64,000 bases of DNA from Anaerolineales bacterium (GCA_020845955.1 JADLEU010000369.1:8462-72461); one strand, 5' to 3'; counted from the stretch's first letter, positions 24,652-34,609 are shown. The notes: generated by a model not told the origin, from the letters alone. A program made the numbers and translations.

Positions 24652-26960
24652 AGCCGGCTGGGGCTGAGCGGGATTTCTAGCAGCTCCAGCCCTGGCACGG
24701 CTAGAGCATTCTCCACAGCCTGGGCAAAGAGCGGGCCGACCGGGATCGCCCCAGCCTCGCCGGCTCCCTTGATGCCCAGCGGGTTGAGCGGCGAGAGGGT
24801 GACGGTGTGGCCGGCAATCACACGCGGCACTTCCATGGCCGTGGGCACCAGGTAATCCATAAAGGTGCCCGTGAGCAGCTGGCCATTCTCGTCGAAGACG
24901 AGCTGTTCATAGAAGGCGTTGCCGATGCCCTGGGCGACCCCGCCCTGCACCTGGCCCTCCAGGATCAGGGGGTTGAGGACAGTGCCACAATCGTGAACGA
25001 CAACATATCGCAAAATCTGAACGCCAAAGGTCTCGGGGTCGACCGCCAGGATCATGGCGTGGACGCCGCTGGCAGTGGCGGCGCTGGCCGGTCCAAAGTA
25101 GTTGGTCGCCTCCAGGCCGGGCGTAGTGCCTGGCTTGACGGCGCCGCGCAGCGGGTTGGCCTGGGCAGCCAGATCGCTCAGGGGGACGGCCCGCTGCGGC
25201 ACGCCCTTAACGCGCACCTGGCCGTCGACCAACTCCAGGTCTTCCTCGGCGGCCTCGAAGTGCTCGGCGGCCAGGCGCAAGACCTTATTGCGCACGTCTT
25301 TGGCGGCTTCGTTGACGGCGTTGCCGGCCACCACTGCGCCGCGGCTGGCAAACGTCCCGGCGCCCCAGTAGAACTGGTCGGTGTCACCGGTGACCACTTC
25401 CACATCCCGAACGCTAACGCCCAACTGATCGGCCACGATTTGGGCCAAGCTGGTGAAGTGGCCCTGGCCTTGGGTGCCGATGCCGGTGGCGAGCGAAACC
25501 TTGCCGCTGGCTTGGACCTTGACGCGGGCGCCTTCATAGGGGCCAATGCCGGTGCCTTCGACGTAGGCCACCACGCCAATGCCCACGTGCCGGCCGGCCG
25601 CGCGCAGGCGGGGCTGCTCTTCGGCGACAAAGCGGTCATACTCGATCAGTTCTAGGGCCTTGTCCATGACCGGCTGATAGTTGCCGCTGTCATACACGAG
25701 CGGCGCGAAGTCCTGGTAAATGACCTCGTTGTTATACGGAAAGGCATCGGGCGGGATGAAGTTGCGGCGGCGGATCTCGACCACACTGAGGCCTAGCTGC
25801 GGCGCGACCAGGTCGAGTAGCCGCTCGATCACGAACACCCCGTGCTGGCGGCCCGCGCCCCGGTAGGGCGTAACGATGGTCTTGTTGGTGAAGACAGCCC
25901 GAAACTCCGAGTAGTAGTTAGGGATGTCGTACGGACCGAGCAGTGTGCACTGGCTGTTGAGCGGCACGGTCAACCCATAGGGGTGATAGGCGCCGCCATC
26001 GTGCAGGAAAACGTCGTGAACACCCAGGATGCGACCGTCGGCGGCCAGGGCAATCTCCACGTCGTGGACCTGGTTGCGCTCCTGGGTAGTGGCCACGAAG
26101 TTCTCGGCCCGGTCCTCGATCCACTTGACGGGCCGGTTTAGGCGCAGCGCGGCCCACGGGATGAGGACTTCCTCCTGGTAGAACATCATGATCTTGGGGC
26201 CAAAGCCGCCCCCAATGAAGGGTGCTACGACGCGCACCTGGTTCTCCGAGAGGCCGAGCATACTGGCCAGACCGTTGCGGATCGCGATGGGGGCTTGCGT
26301 CGTGTCCCAGATTGTCAGGCGACCAGCGCGAGCGTCCCATTGGGCGACAATACCGCGGTTCTCCATGGCGGCCGCCGCGCCGTGGTCATACTTCAGGCGG
26401 CGGCGCAAGACGAGGTGGGCCTCGGCGCGGGCGGCCGCGTAGTCACCCTTGCGCTGGATGACGTGCGCGGCCAGGTTGGCCTCCAGGTCGTCGTGGATCC
26501 GGGGCGCATCGGGGTCGAGGGCGTGCTCCAGGTCAACGACCGGCGGCAGCGGCTCGTAGTTGACGGCTACGTCGATGAGCGCATCCTCGGCCAGGTAGCG
26601 GCTCTCGGCAATCACAACCGCCACCGGCTCGCCCACAAAGCGCACTTTGTCGCGCGCCAGGGGCACTTGGGTGCGGCGGTGAAAGACGGCGCCCTCGACC
26701 GGCGGCGGGTTGACCAACAACGGGCCCGGCTTCCAGTAGTCGCCCAGATCGGCGGCGGTGTAGACCGCCACCACGCCGGGCCGGGCGCGCGCAGCCGTGG
26801 CATCGACGCTGCGCAGCCACGCGTGGGCATAGGGGCTGCGCACAAAGGCCGCGTGCAGCATGCCGGGCAGGTCCACGTCGTCGGTGAAGAGCGCCTGACC
26901 GGTCAACAGGCGAGGGTCTTCGTTGCGGGTGATAGGCGCCCCCAGATAGCGCGTTTCCAT
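24615..26960 (-). CDS. Xanthine dehydrogenase-family molybdopterin-binding large subunit (CoxL/aldehyde-oxidase type, substrate unknown)
   Basis: The protein is 781 aa. The N-terminus RNEDPRLLTGQALFTDD is typical. The active-site loop YRGAGR is encoded at 25848-25865 (checked on the DNA). This is not the VAYRCSFR loop of true CO dehydrogenases. Confidence 0.9.
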   Translation of the reverse strand: METRYLGAPITRNEDPRLLTGQALFTDDVDLPGMLHAAFVRSPYAHAWLRSVDATAARARPGVVAVYTAADLGDYWKPGPLLVNPPPVEGAVFHRRTQVPLARDKVRFVGEPVAVVIAESRYLAEDALIDVAVNYEPLPPVVDLEHALDPDAPRIHDDLEANLAAHVIQRKGDYAAARAEAHLVLRRRLKYDHGAAAAMENRGIVAQWDARAGRLTIWDTTQAPIAIRNGLASMLGLSENQVRVVAPFIGGGFGPKIMMFYQEEVLIPWAALRLNRPVKWIEDRAENFVATTQERNQVHDVEIALAADGRILGVHDVFLHDGGAYHPYGLTVPLNSQCTLLGPYDIPNYYSEFRAVFTNKTIVTPYRGAGRQHGVFVIERLLDLVAPQLGLSVVEIRRRNFIPPDAFPYNNEVIYQDFAPLVYDSGNYQPVMDKALELIEYDRFVAEEQPRLRAAGRHVGIGVVAYVEGTGIGPYEGARVKVQASGKVSLATGIGTQGQGHFTSLAQIVADQLGVSVRDVEVVTGDTDQFYWGAGTFASRGAVVAGNAVNEAAKDVRNKVLRLAAEHFEAAEEDLELVDGQVRVKGVPQRAVPLSDLAAQANPLRGAVKPGTTPGLEATNYFGPASAATASGVHAMILAVDPETFGVQILRYVVVHDCGTVLNPLILEGQVQGGVAQGIGNAFYEQLVFDENGQLLTGTFMDYLVPTAMEVPRVIAGHTVTLSPLNPLGIKGAGEAGAIPVGPLFAQAVENALAVPGLELLEIPLSPSRLWELVEVAKSSS

Positions 26961-26962
26961 CC

Positions 26963-27745
26963 TTAGTCCGTCCAGGCCACCGCGCGGCAGAAGGCGGCCT
27001 CACCGCCCTGAAACTTCCAGGGGAAGACGCCCAGCGTTAGGCGGCGGTTATGCAGCTCCGGACGCCCGATGTCGCCGCCCAGGTTCTCGACATGGATGCA
27101 GTCGTGAGGGAAGAGGGCATTGTGAGTCAACTGGTAGGCCGAATCAGGAAAGAGCTCGTCGACTTGGCCGGCGCCGAACTTCGCTTCCACGCGGGCGCGC
27201 ACCTTCTGCCAATGCTCCAGGCCGCCACGCCCGAGGAAACGCCCGATGGGCAGGTTCATGGGATGATCCGTCGAAATCATGTCCACGCCCCAAATGTGAA
27301 TCTTCTTCTGCAGCAGCCAGTCGCAAATGCTGTAGTGCGGGCCCGGATGGCGTTGGATGTAGCGCTCCTCGTCGCCATCGGGGCTGAGGAACGAGTATTT
27401 GTGCCAGCCGGTATGAATGAAGAGTAGGTCGCCGTCGCGGATCTCGGCCCGGTCTTCCAGCATCTGCGGCGTGAATATATCCAGGTCGTCGAGAACGTCG
27501 CTGAGGTCTACGATGACGCCAGGACCGTAGCACCACTCGATGGGGATCTGGTCGATGGTCTTGCCCTTGGTCACGAAGTGGTGCGGGGCGTCCAGGTGCG
27601 TGCCCATGTGGTTCGAGGTCATGATGTATTGGGCATTGACGCCATGCTCCGACTTGCGCTTGATGTACTTAGCCTCGAACGGAGGGTAATAGGGCCAGAA
27701 CGAGCAGTCGGCATTCAAGGGTTGAGAGAGGTCGTAGATTTTCAT
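26963..27745 (-). CDS. Cyclase-family protein (kynurenine formamidase / isatin hydrolase-like metal hydrolase)
   Basis: The HxGTHxDxPxH motif is present as NHMGTHLDAPHHF. The size is ~260 aa. Confidence 0.8.
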   Translation of the reverse strand: MKIYDLSQPLNADCSFWPYYPPFEAKYIKRKSEHGVNAQYIMTSNHMGTHLDAPHHFVTKGKTIDQIPIEWCYGPGVIVDLSDVLDDLDIFTPQMLEDRAEIRDGDLLFIHTGWHKYSFLSPDGDEERYIQRHPGPHYSICDWLLQKKIHIWGVDMISTDHPMNLPIGRFLGRGGLEHWQKVRARVEAKFGAGQVDELFPDSAYQLTHNALFPHDCIHVENLGGDIGRPELHNRRLTLGVFPWKFQGGEAAFCRAVAWTD

Positions 27746-27926
27746 AGGTCTCCTCTAGTAGTCGCTGTTGCGCGGGGATGAAAAGCGCAAGTGGCCGAGG
27801 TCAGCAGTTGAGAACCAGGGCGCCCTTCGAATTCAGGAACAGCTTCGGGCATGCCGAGGAGCGGTCCGGCGCCGGCGAAGTAGGGCGGCACAGGCTCCTG
27901 TGTCGGCGCCATCGGCCGTCCACCCG

Positions 27927-29171
27927 CTACAACCCATACTGGCCGGCGAACGCGACCAGCGCTTCCTCAAAGATCGCCATGGGCGGGCGTACCAAGCCGG
28001 CGCCGATCTGTCCCACCCCGGCCTGCTTGTGCGCGATGCCGGTGTTGACGCGTGGGGTGATCCCTGTTTCCACGACCTTGCGAATATCGATGCCGACCGG
28101 CGTGCCGCGGAAGTCCAGGGCCGGGATAGTGAAGTGTTTGTGCTCAGCTACGGTGATCTCATACATCTCCAGCGTGGCGTTGACGGCATGTTTGGGCGTA
28201 CTGCCGACAAAGGTGACGATGGCCGGAGCAGCGGCCATGGCGAATCCGCCGATGCCGGCGGTCTCGGTGATAGTGCTGTCACCGATGTCGGGGTTAGCGT
28301 CGGCGGCCGTAAAGCCAGGGAACCAGAGGCCTTGGGGCGTCTCGCACGGCGCCGCAAACCAGCGATCGCCCAGGCCGCTGACGCGCAGCCCAAAGTCCGT
28401 GCCGTTGCGGGCCATGACGCTCACGACGGTGCTGCCCTCGACATTGTGGGCCGCGTCGGCCATCGCTTTGCAGCCCGCCATGACCGGGTTGAGCACGCTG
28501 AGGGCGTTGTCACCCAGGAACTTGAGCACTTCGGCGGCCACGGCGCTGTCGCCGGACGCGCGCGCGACCAGCGGGGCCAGCCACTTTAGAAACAGCAGCG
28601 ATCCGGCCTTGTTGCGGTTGTGACCCTCGTCGCCCATGTGCAGTGCTTCGGACAGCAGGGCCCGCACGTCCAAGCCGTCGGGACTACTGGTTATGGCTTC
28701 GGCCAGCACCGGCCCCATAACGGTGTTCATCCAGCGCAGGCGATTGAGCACGTCGGCGCTGAAGGCGCCGTAGCGCAGCACCTTGCCATAACCCTCGTTA
28801 AGGTTGGAGTAGGCACGATTGCCATGAGTGATGTTTTCGACGATGTAGACCAGCATGGAGGCCGAGGTGACGCCGGCCATCGGCCCAACCGTGGCGTGCT
28901 CGTGACAGGGCGCGAAGTCCACCTCACCGCGCTCGACCATGGCCACTGCGGCTGGCTCGTCCGGCGCCAGGCCCTCGTAGATCAGCGCGCCGATCACGGC
29001 CCCGCGCAAGGGACCCGACATGCGCGCCCACTCGATCGGCGGCCCAGCGTGCAGCAGCAGATTGGGTCGCATACCGGGGACGACATCACGGGCCGGCGCC
29101 AGGCCTTTGAGAATTGGCCGGGCGGACATCATCTTCTCGACGGCAGTCTGGTTGGCAGCAGCGATGTCCAC
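27927..29171 (-). CDS. DUF1116 protein (YlbE/AllG-like)
   Basis: The protein is collinear with E. coli YlbE as I recall it. Shared blocks include LLHAGPP, GEVDFAPCHEH..VGPMAGVTSASM, VENITHGNRAYSNLNEGYGKVLRYGA, GDSTITETAGIGGFAMAAAP and VETGITPRVNTGIAHKQAGVGQIGAG. The start is GTG, with AGGAG 6 nt upstream. Confidence 0.85.
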   Translation of the reverse strand: MDIAAANQTAVEKMMSARPILKGLAPARDVVPGMRPNLLLHAGPPIEWARMSGPLRGAVIGALIYEGLAPDEPAAVAMVERGEVDFAPCHEHATVGPMAGVTSASMLVYIVENITHGNRAYSNLNEGYGKVLRYGAFSADVLNRLRWMNTVMGPVLAEAITSSPDGLDVRALLSEALHMGDEGHNRNKAGSLLFLKWLAPLVARASGDSAVAAEVLKFLGDNALSVLNPVMAGCKAMADAAHNVEGSTVVSVMARNGTDFGLRVSGLGDRWFAAPCETPQGLWFPGFTAADANPDIGDSTITETAGIGGFAMAAAPAIVTFVGSTPKHAVNATLEMYEITVAEHKHFTIPALDFRGTPVGIDIRKVVETGITPRVNTGIAHKQAGVGQIGAGLVRPPMAIFEEALVAFAGQYGL

Positions 29172-29222
29172 AGGCGGCTCCTAGATCATGCAAGACGGAC
29201 GCGGATAGGCGACCATGACCGG

Positions 29223-30923
29223 TTACGACTTCAACCTCGCTAGGAGCGCCATCAAGCGCTCGTTGCCGCCTGCCGGCGGACGCCAGTCGACGTGCACGGC
29301 GCTGGCGCCCTGGCTGACGAGGCTGGCGTAGAAAGACTCCAGCCCAAGATTGATGGCAGCGAAGGGTTCGGGCGCCAGGCGGTCCAGCGCCACCGGCGGC
29401 TGGGGCGGGGCCGGACGCTGGCCAAGGCGACGACTGACGATCTCAACCGCTTCGGCGGTCGTGCGGCAGACCATAGCTCCAGCCTGCGCGAAGCGCTCGA
29501 CCTGGCTGTCCAGACCCTGCGGGTCGGCGTCGGTGCCAACGACGAGGGCCAGGAACTCCAGGTCACGGCGGTGCTGCCGGGCGGCCGAAATGGCCGGCGC
29601 TAACTCGGCCGCCGGGTCGGGATGAGCGCCCTCCCCCAGCACGACGTCCAGCCAGATCAACCCCACCTGCGGGTCACCCGCTTCCTGGCCCAGCCGGCGC
29701 AGGCGCAGATCATTGTCGAGCATGGGATGCAGCCGGCCTACGGTGAAGATGTCCTCACCCAGGTCCAGGACAGTGTGCGCCTGACTGCGCAGCGGGTCGG
29801 GCAGGCGCTGCGCGTCAGTGATCGGGACATTGGAGTACAGCGGCGCCAGGATGGCCTGAAGCCCCAGCACAGCCTCATAAGCGAGGGTGCCGCCAGAAAA
29901 GAGGGCGCGCAGATAACGGCCGGAAGGGGATTGAAAGCCAGATGCCTGCGGTATTTCGATCGTTGCCGAAGCGCCGGCGTCAGCCGGCAGCAAGCCAACT
30001 GCCAGCTCAGCGGCTTCTGCCAGCGTGCTGGCAAAGCGGATCGCCCCGAGCCGCCGGGCGGGCGGTGGATAGCCGAGGAAGTCGACGACTACGGGCTTCC
30101 CAACCGTCTGAGCCGCGGCCAAGAGGCGAGTAACCACCTCGGGCGCGGGTGGTTTGGAAATGAGCACGACGACGCGCGTACCGGGGTCGCGGGCCAGGAC
30201 GTCGAGCGCCTGATGGGCCGTGATCGCTCCGACCTCGGCCTTCAGATCGCGCCCGCCGGTGCCAAGCGCGTGCGAGACACCCGAGCCCAGGGCATGAATG
30301 CGGCTGGTAACGGCCTGGAGGCCGGTGCCAGAGGCGCCCACCAGACCAATAGGACCGCGCCGTACGCGGTTGGCAAACCCGAGCCCAACGCCACCGACTA
30401 TGGCTGTGCCGCAATCGGGACCCATCACCAGCAGCCCCTTATCTCGAGCAGCCTGCTTGAGCGCCACCTCGTCCTCCAACGGGACGTTGTCGCTGTAAAG
30501 GAAGACGTGCCGGTCCAGGTCCAAAGCCTGGCGGGCGACGCTGGCGGCGAAACGGCCGGGCACCGAGACCAGCACCCAGGCGGCTTCGGGCAACTGGCGC
30601 ACGGCAGTCTCGAGGCTCTTAGGCCGGAACGCCTCGGCGGCGACCGACCGGCGGCGCGCCAACAGGGCGTCTACCTGCCCAAGCGCAGCCAGGGCCGCGG
30701 CCTCAGTCTCGGCGCGCACAACCAGCAGCAGGTCATTGGGGCCAGCTCTCGGCGTACCCGCCAGCAAGTCGCTCTGGTCAAGCAGCTCGCAGTTGGCCGG
30801 CGTAGCCATCACCACGCCCGCATCGGCCACGCCCGGCAGTTCCAGCAACGCGCGCTGAAGCCGCATGAGCACGGCCGAGTCGTAGTACGCGCCCGAGCGA
30901 ACTTCACTGCGAACGACGGTCAT
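29223..30923 (-). CDS. fdrA: FdrA (AllF-like; succinyl-CoA-ligase-alpha-like fold protein)
   Basis: The protein is collinear with E. coli FdrA as I recall it. Shared blocks include YYDSAVLM, SDNVPLEDEVALKQAARDKGLLVMGPDCGT, GLVGASGTGLQ, ISKPPAPEV and the C-terminal INLGLESFY..WRPPAGGNERLMALLARL. The start is the ATG at 30923; the track start at 30929 is TTG. Confidence 0.9.
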   Translation of the reverse strand: MTVVRSEVRSGAYYDSAVLMRLQRALLELPGVADAGVVMATPANCELLDQSDLLAGTPRAGPNDLLLVVRAETEAAALAALGQVDALLARRRSVAAEAFRPKSLETAVRQLPEAAWVLVSVPGRFAASVARQALDLDRHVFLYSDNVPLEDEVALKQAARDKGLLVMGPDCGTAIVGGVGLGFANRVRRGPIGLVGASGTGLQAVTSRIHALGSGVSHALGTGGRDLKAEVGAITAHQALDVLARDPGTRVVVLISKPPAPEVVTRLLAAAQTVGKPVVVDFLGYPPPARRLGAIRFASTLAEAAELAVGLLPADAGASATIEIPQASGFQSPSGRYLRALFSGGTLAYEAVLGLQAILAPLYSNVPITDAQRLPDPLRSQAHTVLDLGEDIFTVGRLHPMLDNDLRLRRLGQEAGDPQVGLIWLDVVLGEGAHPDPAAELAPAISAARQHRRDLEFLALVVGTDADPQGLDSQVERFAQAGAMVCRTTAEAVEIVSRRLGQRPAPPQPPVALDRLAPEPFAAINLGLESFYASLVSQGASAVHVDWRPPAGGNERLMALLARLKS

Positions 30924-31054
30924 CCCCAATTGTCCTGGCCAGCCCCAAACTTATCCATAAGGCAGGCATAAAACCTCTCAAGCACCTTCTGGCCAATGGG
31001 GCGCTTGCGGACTGGCCCTGCCGCTGAGGCGCGGGCCGCCAAGCTGCGCAGCCC

Positions 31055-32347
31055 CTAGTGGCGCAGCACCCCCAACGCGCCAGCCAACTGCGGCGCCGCC
31101 CAGCCCAGAAGCGATTCGTCCGCCTGCCAGCGCCCGATCACCTGTAGGCCGAGTGGCAGTCCATTGCCCGCCTGGCCGGCCGGAAGGCTGACGGCGGGCA
31201 ACCCGCTGTGGGTCCAGGGCAGATTCATCACGGGGTCGCCGGTGCTGTCCAGGCCGCGCGGCGCGGGACCAGGGGCAGCGGGCGCCAGCCAGACGTCTAG
31301 CTCATGCGCGTCCATCAGAGCCAGCAGCTCAGCCCGCAGGGCGGCGCGGCCGGACAGGGCCTCCGCCAGGGCTTCGGGCGCCACGGCCTGCCCTCGCTCG
31401 ATCAGCTCAACCGTTTTGGAGTGATACAAGTCCCGGTAGCGGCGGAACCAGGCAGCATGCACCCCAGCGGCCTCGGCCGCCACGATCAGGTTGTGCCGCG
31501 CCCGGATCGCTTCGAAGTCCGGCATAGCTGGCACGAGGCGCACGTCGTATCCGGCACCCGCCAGGCGTTGCACAGCCAGCCGCAGATGGGCCTGGGCCTC
31601 GGCACTGGCCTGGGCCAGGTAAGGTCCCTCGGGGATGCCCACCACGGGCCTCCCGGTGGGCGAAACCGCCAGCCACTCCTGGCAGAGCAGTTCAGCCGCC
31701 AACGCGACCCCAGGTAGATCTAACGCGAAGACGCCTACATGGTCGAGCGAAGGCGACAACGGGATAACGCCGTCGGCCGCAATCCGGCCGTAGGTCGGCT
31801 TGTAACCGACCACGCCGCAATAGGCAGCCGGGCGAATGATCGACCCAATGGTTTGCGTGCCAAGCGCCAATGGACACAGGCCGGCCGCCACGGCAGCCGC
31901 GGAGCCGCTGCTAGAGCCGCCCGGCGTATGTTCGGGCTGGCAGGGATTGCGTGTGGGGCCCGGCGCAAAATAGGCGAACTCGGTGGAGATGGTTTTTCCC
32001 AGCACCAAGGCGCCGGCAGCCTTCAACCGGGCAACCGCGGCGCTCTCGGGCCCCCGCAGCACTTCGGGAGGCAGCCGGCTGCCACCGCGCGTCGGCAGGC
32101 CGGCGGCATGAAAGATGTCCTTTACGCCCAGCAGAACGCCGTAGAGTGGTGGGCGGGCGGACGGGTTCGGGTAAGCAGTCTCGAGCTCCGCCGCCTCGCG
32201 CCGCAGCCGTTCAAAACGGTCCTCTTCGGGAACAAACGCCTGCACAGCCGGCTCGACCTCAGCAAAACGGCGCTCAAGATCGGCGTAGTAATCGCCAAGC
32301 GACAATTGGCCCATGCGCAAGGCCGCGGCCAATTCAGTCAAGTTCAC
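31055..32347 (-). CDS. Amidase-signature (AS) family amidase
   Basis: GVKDIF (catalytic Lys context) and the GGSSSGSAAAVAAG signature are present. The GTG start overlaps the upstream gene by 14 nt. Confidence 0.85.
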   Translation of the reverse strand: MNLTELAAALRMGQLSLGDYYADLERRFAEVEPAVQAFVPEEDRFERLRREAAELETAYPNPSARPPLYGVLLGVKDIFHAAGLPTRGGSRLPPEVLRGPESAAVARLKAAGALVLGKTISTEFAYFAPGPTRNPCQPEHTPGGSSSGSAAAVAAGLCPLALGTQTIGSIIRPAAYCGVVGYKPTYGRIAADGVIPLSPSLDHVGVFALDLPGVALAAELLCQEWLAVSPTGRPVVGIPEGPYLAQASAEAQAHLRLAVQRLAGAGYDVRLVPAMPDFEAIRARHNLIVAAEAAGVHAAWFRRYRDLYHSKTVELIERGQAVAPEALAEALSGRAALRAELLALMDAHELDVWLAPAAPGPAPRGLDSTGDPVMNLPWTHSGLPAVSLPAGQAGNGLPLGLQVIGRWQADESLLGWAAPQLAGALGVLRH

Positions 32348-32837
32348 GGCTGGCAGCTCCGAGGTTACCCCTTTGGGCGGCTAGAAGCACCGCATCGACA
32401 ATATGCTGGTAGCCCGTGCAGCGGCAAAGATTGCCTGAGATTGCCTCGCGCACTTCGGGTTCGGTCGGGTTCGGGTTTTCGGCCAGGAAGGGCACCAGCG
32501 TCATCAGGAAACCGGGGGTGCAAAAGCCGCACTGCAGGCCATGGGCGTCGCGGAAGGCCTGCTGGAGGGGATGCAGCTGGTTTGGGTCGGCTGCCAACCC
32601 CTCGACCGTCAGGAGCGCATGGCCGTTGGCCTGCACCGCGAGCATCAGGCAGGAGCGGACCGGCTGGCCGTCGAACATGACGGTGCAGGCACCACAGACG
32701 CCATGCTCGCAGCCCACGTGCGTGCCGCTGAGACCCAGTTCGTGCCGCAAGAAGTCGCTGAGGAGTAGGCGCGCCTCCACCTCGCGCGCGTAGACTTGGC
32801 CGTTAATGGTGACCGAAATGGCGTGACGGGCATTCAT
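32334..32837 (-). CDS. (2Fe-2S)-binding small subunit of a molybdenum hydroxylase (CoxS-like)
   Basis: Both cluster motifs are present: GCEHGVCGACTV and CGFCTPGF..NLCRCTGY. The junction with the upstream gene is an ATGA overlap. Confidence 0.9.
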   Translation of the reverse strand: MNARHAISVTINGQVYAREVEARLLLSDFLRHELGLSGTHVGCEHGVCGACTVMFDGQPVRSCLMLAVQANGHALLTVEGLAADPNQLHPLQQAFRDAHGLQCGFCTPGFLMTLVPFLAENPNPTEPEVREAISGNLCRCTGYQHIVDAVLLAAQRGNLGAASRELD

Positions 32838-33733
32838 GCTGGGCTCGCAGGGTCGGAGCCACCCCGAGCACGCTCGACAGCCATGGCCAGCGCGCGGCGG
32901 GTGAGCACGCGGGCCAGGTGGCGCTGATAGGCCGGCGTGGCGTGCACATTGCCGGTTGGCGCAATCTCATGCTCGGCAGCGTGGTTGGCCGCGGCCAAGA
33001 AGGCCGCGGGCGTCGGGGGCCGGCCGCGCAGCAACTCGGCCGCCTGGCGCGCGTCCAGCGGGCCGTCGCCGGCGTTCAAGTAGACGAGGCGGGCCTGCAG
33101 GCAGCCGCCGCGCTCGTCCAGGCTGACGACCGCGGCCACACCCAGTATGGCGTAGTCCCCGCGACGCCGCGCAAATTCTAGAAAGGATGTGCCGGTGCGA
33201 GGTGGAAGGGCAGGCAGGGCGATTTCGACCAACATCTCTTCCGGGGTCAGCACTGTGGTGAATAGGCCCTGAAAGAAGTCGGCCGCAGGGATCCAGCGCT
33301 CGCCATGGGCCGACTGCACCCGTAAACGCGCATCGAGCGCCAGCACGATCACGGGCAGTTCCGCGGCCGGATCAGCATGGGCCAGGCTGCCCCCCAGGGT
33401 GCCCCGGCTGCGGATCTGCGGATGAGCGACGCAAGGCATGGCTTCGAAGAGCAGCGGCGCATGCCGCGCGACCAGGGGGTCACGCTCCAACCGCCGCTGG
33501 CGTACCATGGCGCCCAGCCGCAGACCGCCGGCGGGGTCGGGCCAGACGAAATCGAGCTCGGCCAGCGGGTTGACATCAACCAGCAACGCCGCCTGGACCA
33601 GGCGGAAGTTCATGGCCGGCACTAGGCTTTGGCCGCCAGCCAGGAACTTGGCCTCGTCGCCGTGCTCGGCCTTGAGGGCCAACGCGGCCTCCAGCGAATC
33701 CGGGGCAGCGTAGTCGAAGGGCGCCGGTTTCAT
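32834..33733 (-). CDS. FAD-binding medium subunit of a molybdenum hydroxylase (CoxM-like)
   Basis: MKPAPFDY..FLAGGQSLVPAMNFRL and the CO_deh_flav_C-like C-terminus match the family. Confidence 0.9.
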   Translation of the reverse strand: MKPAPFDYAAPDSLEAALALKAEHGDEAKFLAGGQSLVPAMNFRLVQAALLVDVNPLAELDFVWPDPAGGLRLGAMVRQRRLERDPLVARHAPLLFEAMPCVAHPQIRSRGTLGGSLAHADPAAELPVIVLALDARLRVQSAHGERWIPAADFFQGLFTTVLTPEEMLVEIALPALPPRTGTSFLEFARRRGDYAILGVAAVVSLDERGGCLQARLVYLNAGDGPLDARQAAELLRGRPPTPAAFLAAANHAAEHEIAPTGNVHATPAYQRHLARVLTRRALAMAVERARGGSDPASPA

Positions 33734-33739
33734 CGCGGG

Positions 33740-34609
33740 TCAGGCCGCCGGGTTCGTGAGGTCGCCGTACATCTCCGGCCGGCGGTCGCGGTAGAATTGC
33801 CAGGTGTTGCGTACCTGGCGCACCTGGTCGAGATCCAGGTCGCAGACGATCAACTGCTCTTCGCAGTCGCTGGCCTTCGGCGCCCCGGTTGTGAGATCGG
33901 GCAGGTACTGGCCGCGCGGGTCGGTGAAGTATGAGCTGCCATAGTAGTCGTTCGGCCCTAGGTCAGGCTCCCGTCCCACGCGGTTGATGGTGCCGACAAA
34001 GACGCCGTTGAAGATGGCGTGCGCGCGCTGCTCGATGTCCCACAAGTGCATCGATAGCCCGCGTGAGGTGGCCGAAGGGATGAAGATCAGTTCGGCGCCG
34101 TGCAGGCCCAGCAGCCGCGGCCCTTCGGGGAAGTGACGGTCGTAGCAAATATAGACGCCGACGCGACCGGCGGCAGTATCAAAGACCGGGTAGCCCAGGT
34201 TGCCGGGCTTGAAATAAAACTTCTCCCAGAAGCCGGTCACCTGGGGGATATGGGTCTTGCGATACTTGCCCAGGTAGGTGCCGTCGGCGTCGATCACGGC
34301 GGCCGTGTTGAAGTAGACGCCGGTCTGCTCCTCTTCGTACATGGGCACAATCAGCACCAGTTTGTGCCGGCGGGCCAGGTCCTGCATTAGGCGCGTGGTC
34401 GGGCCGTTAGGGATCGCCTCGGTGTAGTTGTAGAACTGCGGATCCTGTACCTGGCAAAAATAAGGGCCGTAGAAGAGCTCCTGAAAACACATCACCTGTG
34501 CCCCCTGGTCGGCAGCCTGCTCGACATAGGCGACGTGCTTGTCAATCATCGACTGCTTGTCGCCAGTCCAGGTGGCCTGCAACAGAGCACCGCGGATCAG
34601 ACGTGACAT
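33740..34609 (-). CDS. Beta-ureidopropionase-type nitrilase-superfamily carbamoyl-amidohydrolase
   Basis: The ATG at 34609 has GAGGGAG upstream. The E-K-C triad contexts are CFQELF, GKYRKTHIP and VYICYDRHFPE. NGPTTRLMQDLARRHKLVLIVPMYEEE closely parallels eukaryotic-type beta-alanine synthase. The 130-aa upstream extension in the track is rejected. Confidence 0.85.
   Translation of the reverse strand: MSRLIRGALLQATWTGDKQSMIDKHVAYVEQAADQGAQVMCFQELFYGPYFCQVQDPQFYNYTEAIPNGPTTRLMQDLARRHKLVLIVPMYEEEQTGVYFNTAAVIDADGTYLGKYRKTHIPQVTGFWEKFYFKPGNLGYPVFDTAAGRVGVYICYDRHFPEGPRLLGLHGAELIFIPSATSRGLSMHLWDIEQRAHAIFNGVFVGTINRVGREPDLGPNDYYGSSYFTDPRGQYLPDLTTGAPKASDCEEQLIVCDLDLDQVRQVRNTWQFYRDRRPEMYGDLTNPAA

Noticed and set aside
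24615-33733. Annotating the CoxL/CoxM/CoxS-like genes as aerobic carbon monoxide dehydrogenase.
   Set aside because: The large-subunit active-site loop reads YRGAGR, not the VAYRCSFR signature of form I CODH. The genomic context is N-heterocycle catabolism. No coxDEF-type accessory genes are present in the window.
33740-34609. Calling the nitrilase-superfamily gene N-carbamoylputrescine amidase (aguB).
   Set aside because: The blocks NGPTTRLMQDLARRHKLVLIVPMYEEE and GKYRKTHIPQV..FWEKFYFKPGNLGYPVF parallel eukaryotic-type beta-ureidopropionase more closely. The neighbours are pyrimidine-catabolic genes. Substrate specificity still needs testing.
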